Assembly (NCBI GenBank): GCA_964106915.2
Contig: OZ066919.1
Origin: Podarcis gaigeae
Taxonomy: Eukaryota
Strand: one strand, 5' to 3'
Length of the DNA: 64,000 nucleotides
This document shows, piece by piece, positions 39,901-51,900 of this stretch. The translations under genes were made by a program, and so were the position numbers. Under the pieces are notes generated by a model. That model saw only the letters and a list, made by a program, of their open reading frames with translations. It did no database searches and was not told the DNA's origin. Each line of letters begins with the position of its first letter. Within the stretch, counting starts at the first letter, position 1.

Positions 39901-42900
39901 GAGAGTAACTTTGAAGGTCATGTGATCAATGTGGAAAGTAGTCCCCAGTTAAAGGTGGACACGTAATGGCATAGTTCATAATCCATAGTATACACTATGA
40001 CTCCAAAAATTTTCTATGGTACTGAAGGACAACAGAGATCACAGGACGAATAATGAGAATGTTTCCTGACTATAGGATCCCAGGGACAACCAGGGATCAA
40101 AGTGGCAGCAATCTGTACTAGAAGCAAGACCAGGAAGCATGTGAGGACTTCCTCAGTCGGGGGAAGGACAAAAACCCTGTAGGAACAGCTATGCTGCAGA
40201 GAGTAGTAATCACAGAACCAGGAATGATGGTGGAACTGTCAAAGTGAGTGAATCCTCCATTCAGGAAGGGTTTGATCCTGAACTTCACCCTCAGTGGAGA
40301 CATGTACTGGAGCTTCTTTAAGATCTGAGATAGTAATAGCCTGAACACAGCAGAAGACTGAGTAGAAACCATCTCTAGAGATGCTGGTTCTGAGATAATC
40401 CCCTACTTCCCTTGCCCTTCTTCTTCTTTTATTTTTCAGTCATGCTTTCAGTGACAAATATGACAACTTATCATTGGCCATTCATTCCAATGTACTTGTG
40501 TCAATGTACTTGTCCAGCAATGGGGAAAGTTCCTTCAAGGTGAATTCCTAGGCCAATATCTTTACCAAGGTATGCACTTGGACTTCCACACCTGATGAGT
40601 CAAGTCAAAGCATCGGAGCAACTGTCTCCACAACAAGGTTTGGGAGAAATGTTGATACCAAACCAGTCAGCACTAAGTAAGACCAGAGGCACACTTGTTG
40701 TAGAGTGTATGCCAACTGCCACACTGGACAGTGTCTTAATTTCACTAGAGGAAACCACCACAGCACTTGCAACAGTCCACCAAGGCAGATTCAGATGTCA
40801 GTAAAGGTAAAGGTACCCCCTGACCATTAGGTCCAGTCGCACCACCCGCTGGCAGTGGCAAGAGTGAAAGGATTGAGATGCAGCAGAGTTATGTCACAGT
40901 GGAGCCCTGATAACTTGAGCCTCAGAATTCATTACAAGAATCGGCTACCAGAAGGTCATAGAAAGCCAAGACGGACCTGTCTGTGTGTCTGCCTTGTGAA
41001 CTTTTGACAAAGAGGGAAGGTGTCACAACGTGCCACTCATTAATGCAAAGGTGGCAGCAGTAGTGTCCAAATGAAGGAACTACTGCTACAAATAGAGCAT
41101 TCTATCAATAAAATATTCATTGAGAGAGAGAGATCACTGTATCATAAGACTCCTGTCAACACTAACGGAAACACGAACAAGCACAGGGAATCACCAAAAG
41201 AAACAAAATGAAACTCATTGTAGACTGAACAAGAGAAAAGAGAAAGGAATCTAGATTTTAACTTTCCTCCTGGGGGGGAAAAAGAAAGTTTAATCTGCTG
41301 CAGCCATGGAGGAACTGAATGGGAATGCAAGGGTCATGGTCCTCCTGAGAATATGCCCAGAGTGCAGGCCTCCCACCAAAAATATTAATCATCTAGCCGT
41401 AGAGCAAGGATAAGGAACCTGTAGCCCTCCAGATGATGTTGGACTCCAACTCCCATTAGCCCCAGCCAACCTAGCCAACAGTCAGGAACGAGTTGCAGTC
41501 CAACAACATCTGAACGGCCACAAGTTCCCAGCCCTGCTCTAGAAAGTCCTAGACTTTGGCTGGGTATAAGCACAGAACCCATACATGGGACTCCACAGAG
41601 ACCACAAAGAACAATCTTCTCTCCTTCTACTGCAAATATTTAGTGACCAAGATATGTTCAGCTATAGTTTCTTCCCCAGACCAGCAGAAGAAAATGAAAT
41701 TATTTTAGACAAAGCTAGTCTATCTTTTCATTTAGTCAACTGCGAGCATAACTACACCTTGAGAGGCAATAATGGAATCCCCAACCCTGCATTTGCCTTC
41801 TAATGTTAACATGGAAACAAGGAAAATGGTTAAACCTTCCTCACCCAATGCTTCTTCTTGGTTTCTGTGCTACAGCCAAGTCCAGGGCCAGAAGTAAGTT
41901 CAGCGTGGTGGCTGAGGTGGGGGTGGAGTGGGGAGAACCCCCCAATATTACCATAATGATCTTGGCAAATATGTGTTTCTCCAAGTGTTTGGTAACATAC
42001 ACTGCTGCCCTGTTTCTTCTACAGCACATTGGATAGCTATTTAATTGCAAGGAAGTTCAGCACTCCCAGAAACTTGTTCAAACCCTGAAAAACCGGTCTG
42101 TCCAACAAACTGAGCCAGAATCCATGGACACTGCCCATCTTATTAAAGGTGAAGCCATCATGACTTACAATTGTTTTGAAACCAAGGTTAGATTGGATAT
42201 GATTGCAAAACGATTTCTAGGAAAACCAAGGTTGCTTTACATATTTAAGCACACAGCATTCCCAAGTATCTCTCTCTTAGATATACCGGTATGTCGCATT
42301 GCCATATGGACTACTTCTCATTTTCTTGTGTTTTCCATGTATTGTTTTGCTTTTCAAATATGGGACAAGGATGTTGCTCTAATCATTAGAATCTAATGCA
42401 GTAATGCACAGAATGGCATGAACTACATGATTTTCTTATTCTCTTCTATGAACAAGAGTAGTGTCCATAGTATGATGTGTGCAATTCCATTTTACAGGAA
42501 AAAATGAAAGCCCCTGCATATATATATGCAACCCGTTGGATAGGAGGGGAAATGTTATTTCCTTTTAGATACTCGTACATAATGCAGTTTTAAAACCAAA
42601 CACTTTTGCCAGCAGCATCAACACAAATGTTATGTGAGCTGACAGTATAAATGTCCCATGCTGTTAAGTATGGGGATCAAAATGCACCTGGGAAGGCTGT
42701 TTTAATCCGACTTTCAAGGCATGTGCACATGTGTGACTGACAGAGTGCATGTCTTGCACTGAGTACATTATGGATGCACAGTCATACCTTGGGCTACAGG
42801 TGCTTTGGGTTGTGCGATTTCAGGTTGCGAACCACGCCAAACCCGGAAGTACCGGAATGGGTTAGTTCTGGGTTTCGGCGCTTGCGCATGCGCAGAAGCA

Positions 42901-45900
42901 CTAAATCATGCTTTGCGCATGTGCAGAAGCACTAAATCACGCTTTGCACATGCGCAGAAGTGCCGAATCGCGACCCGTGCATGCGCATAAATGACGGGTT
43001 GTGAATGCTGAGGGGGTTGCAAACGTGCTTCCCACATGGATCACGTTCGCAACCCGAGCGTCCACTGTATTGCTTTCACACTGGTTACATTTGCTGCATG
43101 AAATACTGGCACTTTTCACAGGAGTCATGGCACATAGCACTGTCCTAAGCAGCTTTTGTATCAGTGACCATAAACGGTAGTTCTTACAAGGTTCTAAAAC
43201 ATTTTCTATACTGAAGTAGGTATTTCCCAAAACTGGAAGCTTCAACACTAGGACTCAATTCTTATTAGTTGCCTCTGCACCAGATGTTCACTATACTATG
43301 ATACAGCAAGTGTTGCTAGTTGCATTTGTGAAATGTCATTTGCCACTGACGAAGCAGGGAATATTTCAGGACAGGTCTACACAAATCACCAACAGCTTTG
43401 CATCTCACTTCATTTTTTTTAAAAAAAGCAAGTGGAGTACCTCTCTCTACAGAATCTGGTGAAGATATACTAGGCAAATAGCAAAAATCAAGCAGTATTT
43501 TGTTGAGACTGTGTGCAAAAGCAGGTTGATCAACTACTGCTCCTTTGTTATGGGCTGCTTCATGTGAAACAGTAAGCAAAGAACAAACCTTGGTGAGAGT
43601 TCATGGTTACCTAGAGAGTTTTAGCAACATGCCAAGACTAAACAAAACAAAACCCTAGCGTTATGTACTGAGTTTTAGCTAAGTGCAGAGCTGCAGTAAA
43701 AAGGAGCAGGGACAATCAAATCAGCTGTGAGCTCCTCTCCAGGAGTCCATGTAATTTCAAGAAGCCACAGTACAACTTACTGTGACATGCCAACCCTGTC
43801 TATAATAGATGGGCTCTCAGAGGTTAAAAGGGATGTCAACTGGCTTTTGTCAATATCTTTTTCCATTCCACTCCATTGGAAGAGCCATTAGTTATGCATT
43901 ACAATCCCAATTTTGCTTCTGATCTTTTCACGTTTACAACAATATGTGGCAGTGGAACAAAACTCATACCTTCCCCACAAAAAGAATACTCTTTTTTAAC
44001 ACAAAAAGCCACAGAAAATTATGTGGAGAACATGCTGACCAGATACCACCATCTTTCTGGATTATGAAAAAAACAAAAGCACAGGTAATATAGAGAAAGT
44101 CAAGATGGGGCACAACAGCAACCCAACATGACTGAAAATGGCAACTGAAGTGGCAACATGAGGTTAGTTCACTGTGAAGTCACACAAATAGGAAACATTA
44201 ATGCACAACTTTTGGTATAACTTACACTAGAATCTATACTCTACTTTCCTGTTCAGTTATTAAACCAACTTCAGCTTCATAGTATGGTATGACTAATCAG
44301 GGATCTAAAAATACAGGTAAGTTGTTCAAGTTTGACTATGGCTTTTATTAAAAATAGCTTTAGGGTCACATACTATGTAACAAAATGGTGTATTTCTATA
44401 GAACCGTCCTATTATGTCTACATCCCAATCCAGCAAAGAATGAGCATGAAAAATTGATTCCTTCTCCACTATTGTCAACAAGACTTAACAATAGTTTAGT
44501 ACATGCACTTGAAGCATCCTTCACATCATTCAGAAAAACACTTATGTAAAAAAGGAAATTGTAGTTGGTTTTACTAACACACAGCAAAATAGCCAATGGA
44601 AACATTTTATGTTGAAGGAATTGGCTCCCTACCACAGATCAAAGCTGATTCTTTTGTATGTCCCCATACAATACACTGGGTGAAAGCCAGCTTATCCTCA
44701 CTTACTTTCCCTCTGCTCTTTCCAGGCACAGTCCACAATTTAAAGCTCTGTGTCCAAGCATCCTTTTTTTACTCTAGAGCTTTCCCCATGAAAACTCACT
44801 CTTTAAAGATCAACTGGAGCAAATGTTAATCCACGGAAAACCTGAATTGATTCTTGCACCGATTGAGCTTTAAAGAGCGGGTTTTTGCACTGAAAGCTTG
44901 CCAGGGGATGGGGATGCTTAGACATAAGAGCATTTAAGCACAGACCTCTTCCTGGAAAGAACAGGGCAAAAGGTAAGTGTGGATAAGCCCCAACTCTTGA
45001 TTTTAATGGGGCTCCTCTGAGTACATTTTATTTGGATATCACCCACTGTCAGCATCTGAGGTTATAAGCAATCTTTACATATAGCATTCACAACAAAGTG
45101 AAATTATTATTAGTAGAGACTTGTAATCATATTTGAATAATCACGCCACATTGCAAAATAAAATGAGCTGCTTGCAACAAGGGAATTAACAGGGATTCTC
45201 CTTATAAGCATACCAGAAGGTTCATTCTAGATTATATCAGTGAGAATTAGACTTAAGTTATTGCGCCAAACATGTGCTCTAAACATCACAGGACCTTCTA
45301 TATATGTGATAAGCAACTTTTCTTAAGTTAACTTTCAGAAAGCAGAACATTGTAAGAGCTATTGTATAAGACCAACCATCAAAGGTTTGCAGGATTAGGT
45401 ATTAGAGTGGCCTAACCTTTAGTTGGACTTTTTTTTTTTTACTGTGCATGTATACATGTTGCAGTGGGGCGGGGGAGGTCAGTACCTAGGAAGTTTTATT
45501 GAGAAAGAGGCATGTTTTGTACCCAAGTAGAAATACAGGATTTAAGAATAATCACAACGTTGACCTGGGAAAGGATATCTTTGAAGGAACAGCAGCATTT
45601 GGCACACTCAACACTCTTCTTGGACAGACACTACGCTATATAAAGTCCTCTGCTACATTTTTCCAATATAATTTTTTTATTTAAAAATGCAACTGCTTCA
45701 TAAACTAATTAATACAATACCAGTCAAACTAGATAGATTTTTACAGATGTAATTGGATTATTTATACCAAGGAAATAAATATAATAGCACGTTCAATGAA
45801 AGCAGTCAAAACTGATATGAAAAACAAAATTTAAACAAGGTAAAAGTATGTTATTGAATTGCTTTGTCTTATCTTACAAGTATTTCAAATACAGTCATAC

Positions 45901-48900
45901 CTCGGGTTGCAAACGTGATCTGTGCAGGAGGCACGTTCACAGCCTGCAGTGCTACATCTGCACACGCGTGTGATGCGATTTGGCGCTTCTGCGCATGCGT
46001 GTGACATCATTTTGTGCTTCTGCGCATGCATGAGCATTGAAACCCAGAAGTAACCTGTTCCAGTACTTCTGGGTTCGGCGCGGTCCCCAACCCGAAAACG
46101 CGCAACCCGCAACGTTTGTATGCCGAGGTATGGCTGTAAAAGTAATTTCCTAGCTAAATGTTGAATTTATGGAACATAACGGGTGGCACTGTGGGTTAAA
46201 CCACAGATCCTAGGACTTGCCAATCAGAAGGTCGGCGGTTCGAATCCCCGCGACGGGGTGAGCTCCCATTGCTCGGTCCCTGCTCCTGCCAACCTAGCAG
46301 TTCAAAAGCACATCAAAGTGCAAGTAGATAAATAGGTACTGCTCCAGCGGGAAGGTAAACGGCGTTTCCGTGCACTGCTCTGGTTCGCCAGAAGCGGCTT
46401 AGTCATGCTGGCCACATGACCCGGAAGCTGTACGCCGGCTCCCTTGGCCAATAAAGCGAGATGAGTGCCACAACCCCAGAGTTGGTCACGACTGGACCTA
46501 ATGGTCAGGGGTCCCTTTACATTTAACATTTAAGCCACTTTAAGTGCACTTTTTTGCATGTTTCCCCTAGTCAAATATTTCCGTCCAAATATATTTGGCT
46601 ACTGGAAAAGCCATTTATCTAGTTCATAAGATTGTTTTTGAATTTTGGTGAATGAATGTAAGTGACGTAAAACACTAAATCGGATCCCAATCAATAGAGG
46701 CTTTTGGGGGTGGGGGGATCAAAAAACCAAAACTCCACATATATGCGCTAAAGCCACTAAAGGAGGAGTATAATGAAATCTCTCCTGTACGTAAAAGTTC
46801 TTATGGTAATGAGAGTTTCAACTGTATGCACCTGTATGAGTGAAGGTCCCCAGAGATATGAAGAATACACTTGATCCAAAACTGGAGCCAGAGGGCTGAA
46901 GATGAAATCAGCTTTTGCATGTGCAAAATGTGCAAAAGCCCAAAAGGAAAGTATCAGAGCAAAGAATGGCTCTCTAGTCTCCAACAGGCACCATCTATTC
47001 TATCACAGTGATGACAAAACAGACACCAAAAGAAAACAATTACAGTACACATTATTTCTTGTGCTGAGACACCAAATTCTTATGACACTTGTTTATTATA
47101 GAACCAAGCCTCACAGAAGCTTTGTACTAAAAGGGAAAAAAGCTTTGTGGACTAGAAGTGAATAACTTATTTCTTCAGCTAAGATTCTCAAAAAGATTGG
47201 TTTAATCAACATTCAAGAATTTCAAGTTGATGTACATTAGATAACAAATACCGGTACTAGTCTCCACCTTGCAAAGTTCTACTGAAGACAGAAGATATTA
47301 AGTTAACATTGAACACTCAATTCATTCCTGTTTGTTACATTTTGGCACAAGAGATATGAGAGCTAGGGAAGACATAACTGGAGAATGGAGGTTTAATCCT
47401 GGGGGAGAGTGGCTGAAAGGAACAGAAGTAGGTGAAAGCTACTATTGGCTACTGAATTTCACATTGCACCATGAGGTTTCAGGAGAATTTGTATCAACTG
47501 AGAAACATTTTTAAAATGTAAACTATCCTAAACCTAAGTACCCAAGAGGGCAAGAAGTGTATTTAAATAAATAAATCCTGGGATCTTTCTGTGTACATGG
47601 CAGGTTCAGGAAACAAACAGCCAGCTCATTGTAAAAAATGCATTTTGAATGCATTCTCAGCAGACAAGATCTAATGCAGCACAAATAAGCATCTGCTTGT
47701 ACCATTCCCACTTCCTTGTCTTCTCCATTCTATTTAAAAAGAGAAATAAACAGTGAGGGCTTCTTGGTGCCTTGGCCATGAAGAAGTATGAAACAGAAGT
47801 TTTGTTTGTTTTGAATTCTTCCTATTTCAAATCAGCTGTGAATGCATAGAATGAGAACCTATAGTGTCTCTCAGAAAGTGTCTTGGAGAAAAACTGAACA
47901 TTATTTCTACAATTTTGGATTATATATAGACCAGCTGTTTTAGATAGACCTTAATGCTCTGATAATGTGCATTAGTATGATTTTCAAATACTTTAGAAAC
48001 ATTTTGCTCTGTAAAATGGCCAGATGATGAATGCAAAATAAATAAAAATGCAAGCAAGTAACCATAAAAATCTATAAAATAACTATATATTGGCATTCCT
48101 CTCATCCCACTTGGTAAATGGGTGCTGAGTTGGAATAATCAGATTTTCTTTTATGTTTTAAATAATCAACAGTACTTTTAGGTTTTATGCGTTGTTTAAA
48201 TTGTTTATTCATTCAATTAATCAGTGTCTTCCTGCTTATAGGATTCTCATGCTGACAAACTGTAGCACTAGACCTGTGGTGAGTTAAGATAATTGTACAT
48301 GTACTTATGCAAATATGGCAATATAACAAACCATAAGCAAGACAGTCCTGTGTGGTAGGTGGGGGGTGGGATGCAGGGTGGAGTAGCAAAATGACAACAC
48401 CCAATTATATTAGAAAAGCAGAGAACAGTTGGTGTTGGGCACTCTTCTCAAATTGACACATTTTTTATCTTCATTTTACAAACAGTATCAAATGTTGAGG
48501 GGAAATACAGCATAAACTGCTACGTGGGGAAGACTATAACAGGGATTTAAACATTGCTAACAGGAAATGATCAGGGCAGATAAGATTTTCAGGTTCACCA
48601 AATCCAGCAGCATCCTCTTAATCTTTATTTCATGGTATCATTACATTCGCCCTGTGATATAGTAGTTTACTGCTTCTACCAGAGTTTTAGCTCATTCATG
48701 CAATATTATTTAGAACTACAGTATATAAACAGCATAGCAGCTGTTATCTATGTCTCAGGGAAAGGAAATATGGCCCTTTCCCCTCTTAGGAGCAATACAT
48801 TTCAGTTGAAAAGCTAAGCTATGAGAAATCCACTGAGAAAGAAATGTGCATTGTCATTGTGATCAGGAACAGAACATGAGAAGAGGGGTAAAACTTATCC

Positions 48901-51900
48901 AGCTCCCCCAGCAGATTACTACAACAAAACTCCTGCTTGTCTGATGAGCTTATGAAACTCTCCCTATTTTCTGTGATTGGAGTGTTCTTCCTGATCCACC
49001 CAGATTAAAGTCTCTGAAGGAATTACAATTCACCACAATCATCAGCATAATCATCAGTTTATAGCCAAGCAGGTTAATTGAAGAAAGAGGGATGAACACT
49101 CAAGGCATATGTAATGACTTAAAACTTGCTTCATGAGAAGTAAAAAAGTTTGCTGGAGATTGTGGGGTGGAAAGGGAGGGAGGGTTTGGCACTTTGTACT
49201 CTTCCACCTTATTCTGCGGTAGTCAGACCTCCTTCTGAACACAGTGTATGGTTCTGGACACCAGAGGCGGATTTACGGGAGCACGACCAATTCAGTCACA
49301 CTGAGCATAGAGCTTCAGGGGTGCCACAGGGGAAGCTGCAACTATGATTTAGAATGGAGTGCAAAGGGTGGGGGGAGCACCAATTTTTGGTGTTGCACAG
49401 GGTGCTGCTGAAATTTGAGACCACAACGTGGGCAACACCCCTCAGGAAGAATGTAAACAAACTAAAATGGACTCAGAACAGGGAAACAAAGACAGTGAGC
49501 AGAATAAAGAAAACAAGTCCTGTTAGTTAAGGTTGAAGTAGGGCTGCCCTACAACCGGATTTTCCCAGACATTTCTGAGATTTCAAAGTTGGAAATGACG
49601 TCCAGGGGGGATTTCCGAAATGTCCCAGATCACAATTTGGCATTTGTCTAAAAAAAGTTTGTCTAAAAACACCACAATTTTGGTGGTTTCCTAAAAACAA
49701 GCTCAACAATTTGGGAGTGTCCTGGTTTTTACTTTTTTAAATATGGCAACCCTAGTCGAAGGAACTAGGCATGTTTAGTTTAGAGAAGAGAAGACAAAGA
49801 AGACATGACAGCACCCTTCAGACTCACTGAAGGGCTGTCACATGGAAGAGGGCATGGAAGAGTTTGTTACTTCCCCAGACGGCAGGACTAGATCTAATTG
49901 GTTTAATTTACAGGAGGATAATATTTAGGTCCAACCCTAGGAGGATAATATTTAGGTTCAACATTTTATAAAAAGTTTATCCTACCCCCTTTGAGAACCC
50001 TGTTAAAGCAATGAATTTATTGGCTCCAAAACACATTATGGGGCACAAAAACAAGAGGCTATAAGGCATGTAATCTACTACTGTATTGTGCTACTATTTA
50101 TCACTTAGTGTTTATACAAGAGGCTTACCATTTAAGTAAGGCAAGGGGAATGGAGAGGAAAGAAAGATGTGCATGATTAGTTAAATGACACAGCAAATAC
50201 TCAACTTATTTTGTTTTTAAACACACCAACAGAAGGAGCTAGGCAAACATCCAGTTTTTTTTAAAAAAAGTTCCAATGGTAGGGAGCAGCAAATGAGAAT
50301 GCATGGAACTGGGAGGATATAATTTTGGTTTAACAGAATATAATTTTGGTTTAACAGAGGTCAAGAGAAAAGCGGAAAAAAACACGGCAGTAGGGAGAAA
50401 AAGCAAAATTAATGGAGATAAAATGAGTAACATGGTCACAACAACAATAAAATTATTGTGAGTTTAACAAAAGAAAGATTTGAGAGAAGAGGCCTAAGCA
50501 ATAGGTGTTGCAACTTATTAAAGAGATAACAAGAGTGAACACAAAATTATTGGTTGCAACAAGACAGAGATAATTGTGAATGTTATAAATATAACCAAGA
50601 TAAACACCATGAAATTTAGCAGCTGAGTGAGTACTGGGAGAGAAATTAAGACTCCAATGCAACACCAAAATAACAAGCTTGAGGGATATAAGAAATAGTA
50701 GACCTACCAAGCAGAAGAAAATGTAAAGCAGGAAAAAGAGAAAGGAAGCAGAAACTTTTTTTTTCAGAATTCAGTTTTAAGAAATGCCTAGTCAGGCAAG
50801 GAAAATAAATGGTGATGCATAGTTAAGAAAGTAATGAGATCAAGGGGGAGGAATAACCAGTAACTTCTTTCTTTCTTAACAAAAAGGCTGTAAAGTTAAC
50901 TTGAAGATTCTAAGGATGTTGCAGTAAGAAATGATTGGCTAAAAATGAGGAAATTGGTTTGAGTTAATTGCCACTCATACCATCAATAAACTTTCTCTGA
51001 GAGCAGCTGGCTGGTAGGGATTAGTAAAGTACAGTAATACTCCCTTTTTGAGACACATGACAAGGGAGCACACATTTCTGTTCCATCCAGCTATTACAGA
51101 GGCCAATTTGGGCAGGTTGATATAACAGGGAACAACCCCAGCCATATTACTCATACTTAGGAGTCAGGCAACAAAGCCGTATTATTTGGTTAACATCCAT
51201 CTCCTACATCATTCTTCCTCCTAGTCAGGGGCAATTCACAAGCCAATTGCTACAACAAGAGTTATGTAATACTCATCACTCAGTGAAGCAGTTGTATGAG
51301 TGTTTCAGCATAAGCTCAACTAACAATTCAAAGGGATTTTGCCATGTCAACCCTAAATCCACTTTCAGCAGCTTTTAAGTTAGCACAGTAAATACTGGTA
51401 AAATTGTACGCTAAGTCTATACCTGGTAGATTCAGGTGAACTGTTTATGCACCAGTATGCCCTGATTTATGTAGTCACTAAATGCAGACTATCAAGCAGA
51501 ACTTGTTTATTCTGAAGGGAATCCTTGTGCAACAGACTACAAAACTATCAGAGGCAGATTTTTGCAGGGCGGCCAATGAATATTTGCTGCAGAGCCAACT
51601 GAAGTTGAACCCCCTTCAGAAAAAGTTCCACCATCTAAACACACCAATTTAGGGCTTGTTCACGTGTATAGCAGCGAGCTTTGGGGGAATGAGTTGGTGT
51701 CAAACTCTAGAAACTTCCTGCCATGCAACTGCAGGTGGTCACATGAATGTCAGCCCCATATACTGAACACAGCACACATCAGCTTTTAACACAAAACGCA
51801 GTGGCTGTGTGCAGTGTTGTAAACTAGCCTTTAGTCTGTGAATGTCAATGATTCTCAGCTATGAAGGTCCCACAAATGTGGGGGGAAATGCTCTCAGGAC

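Noticed and set aside
42880-42990. Regularly spaced repeats resembling a CRISPR array
   Set aside because: Tandem units without unique spacers, inside a eukaryotic MITE; no cas genes
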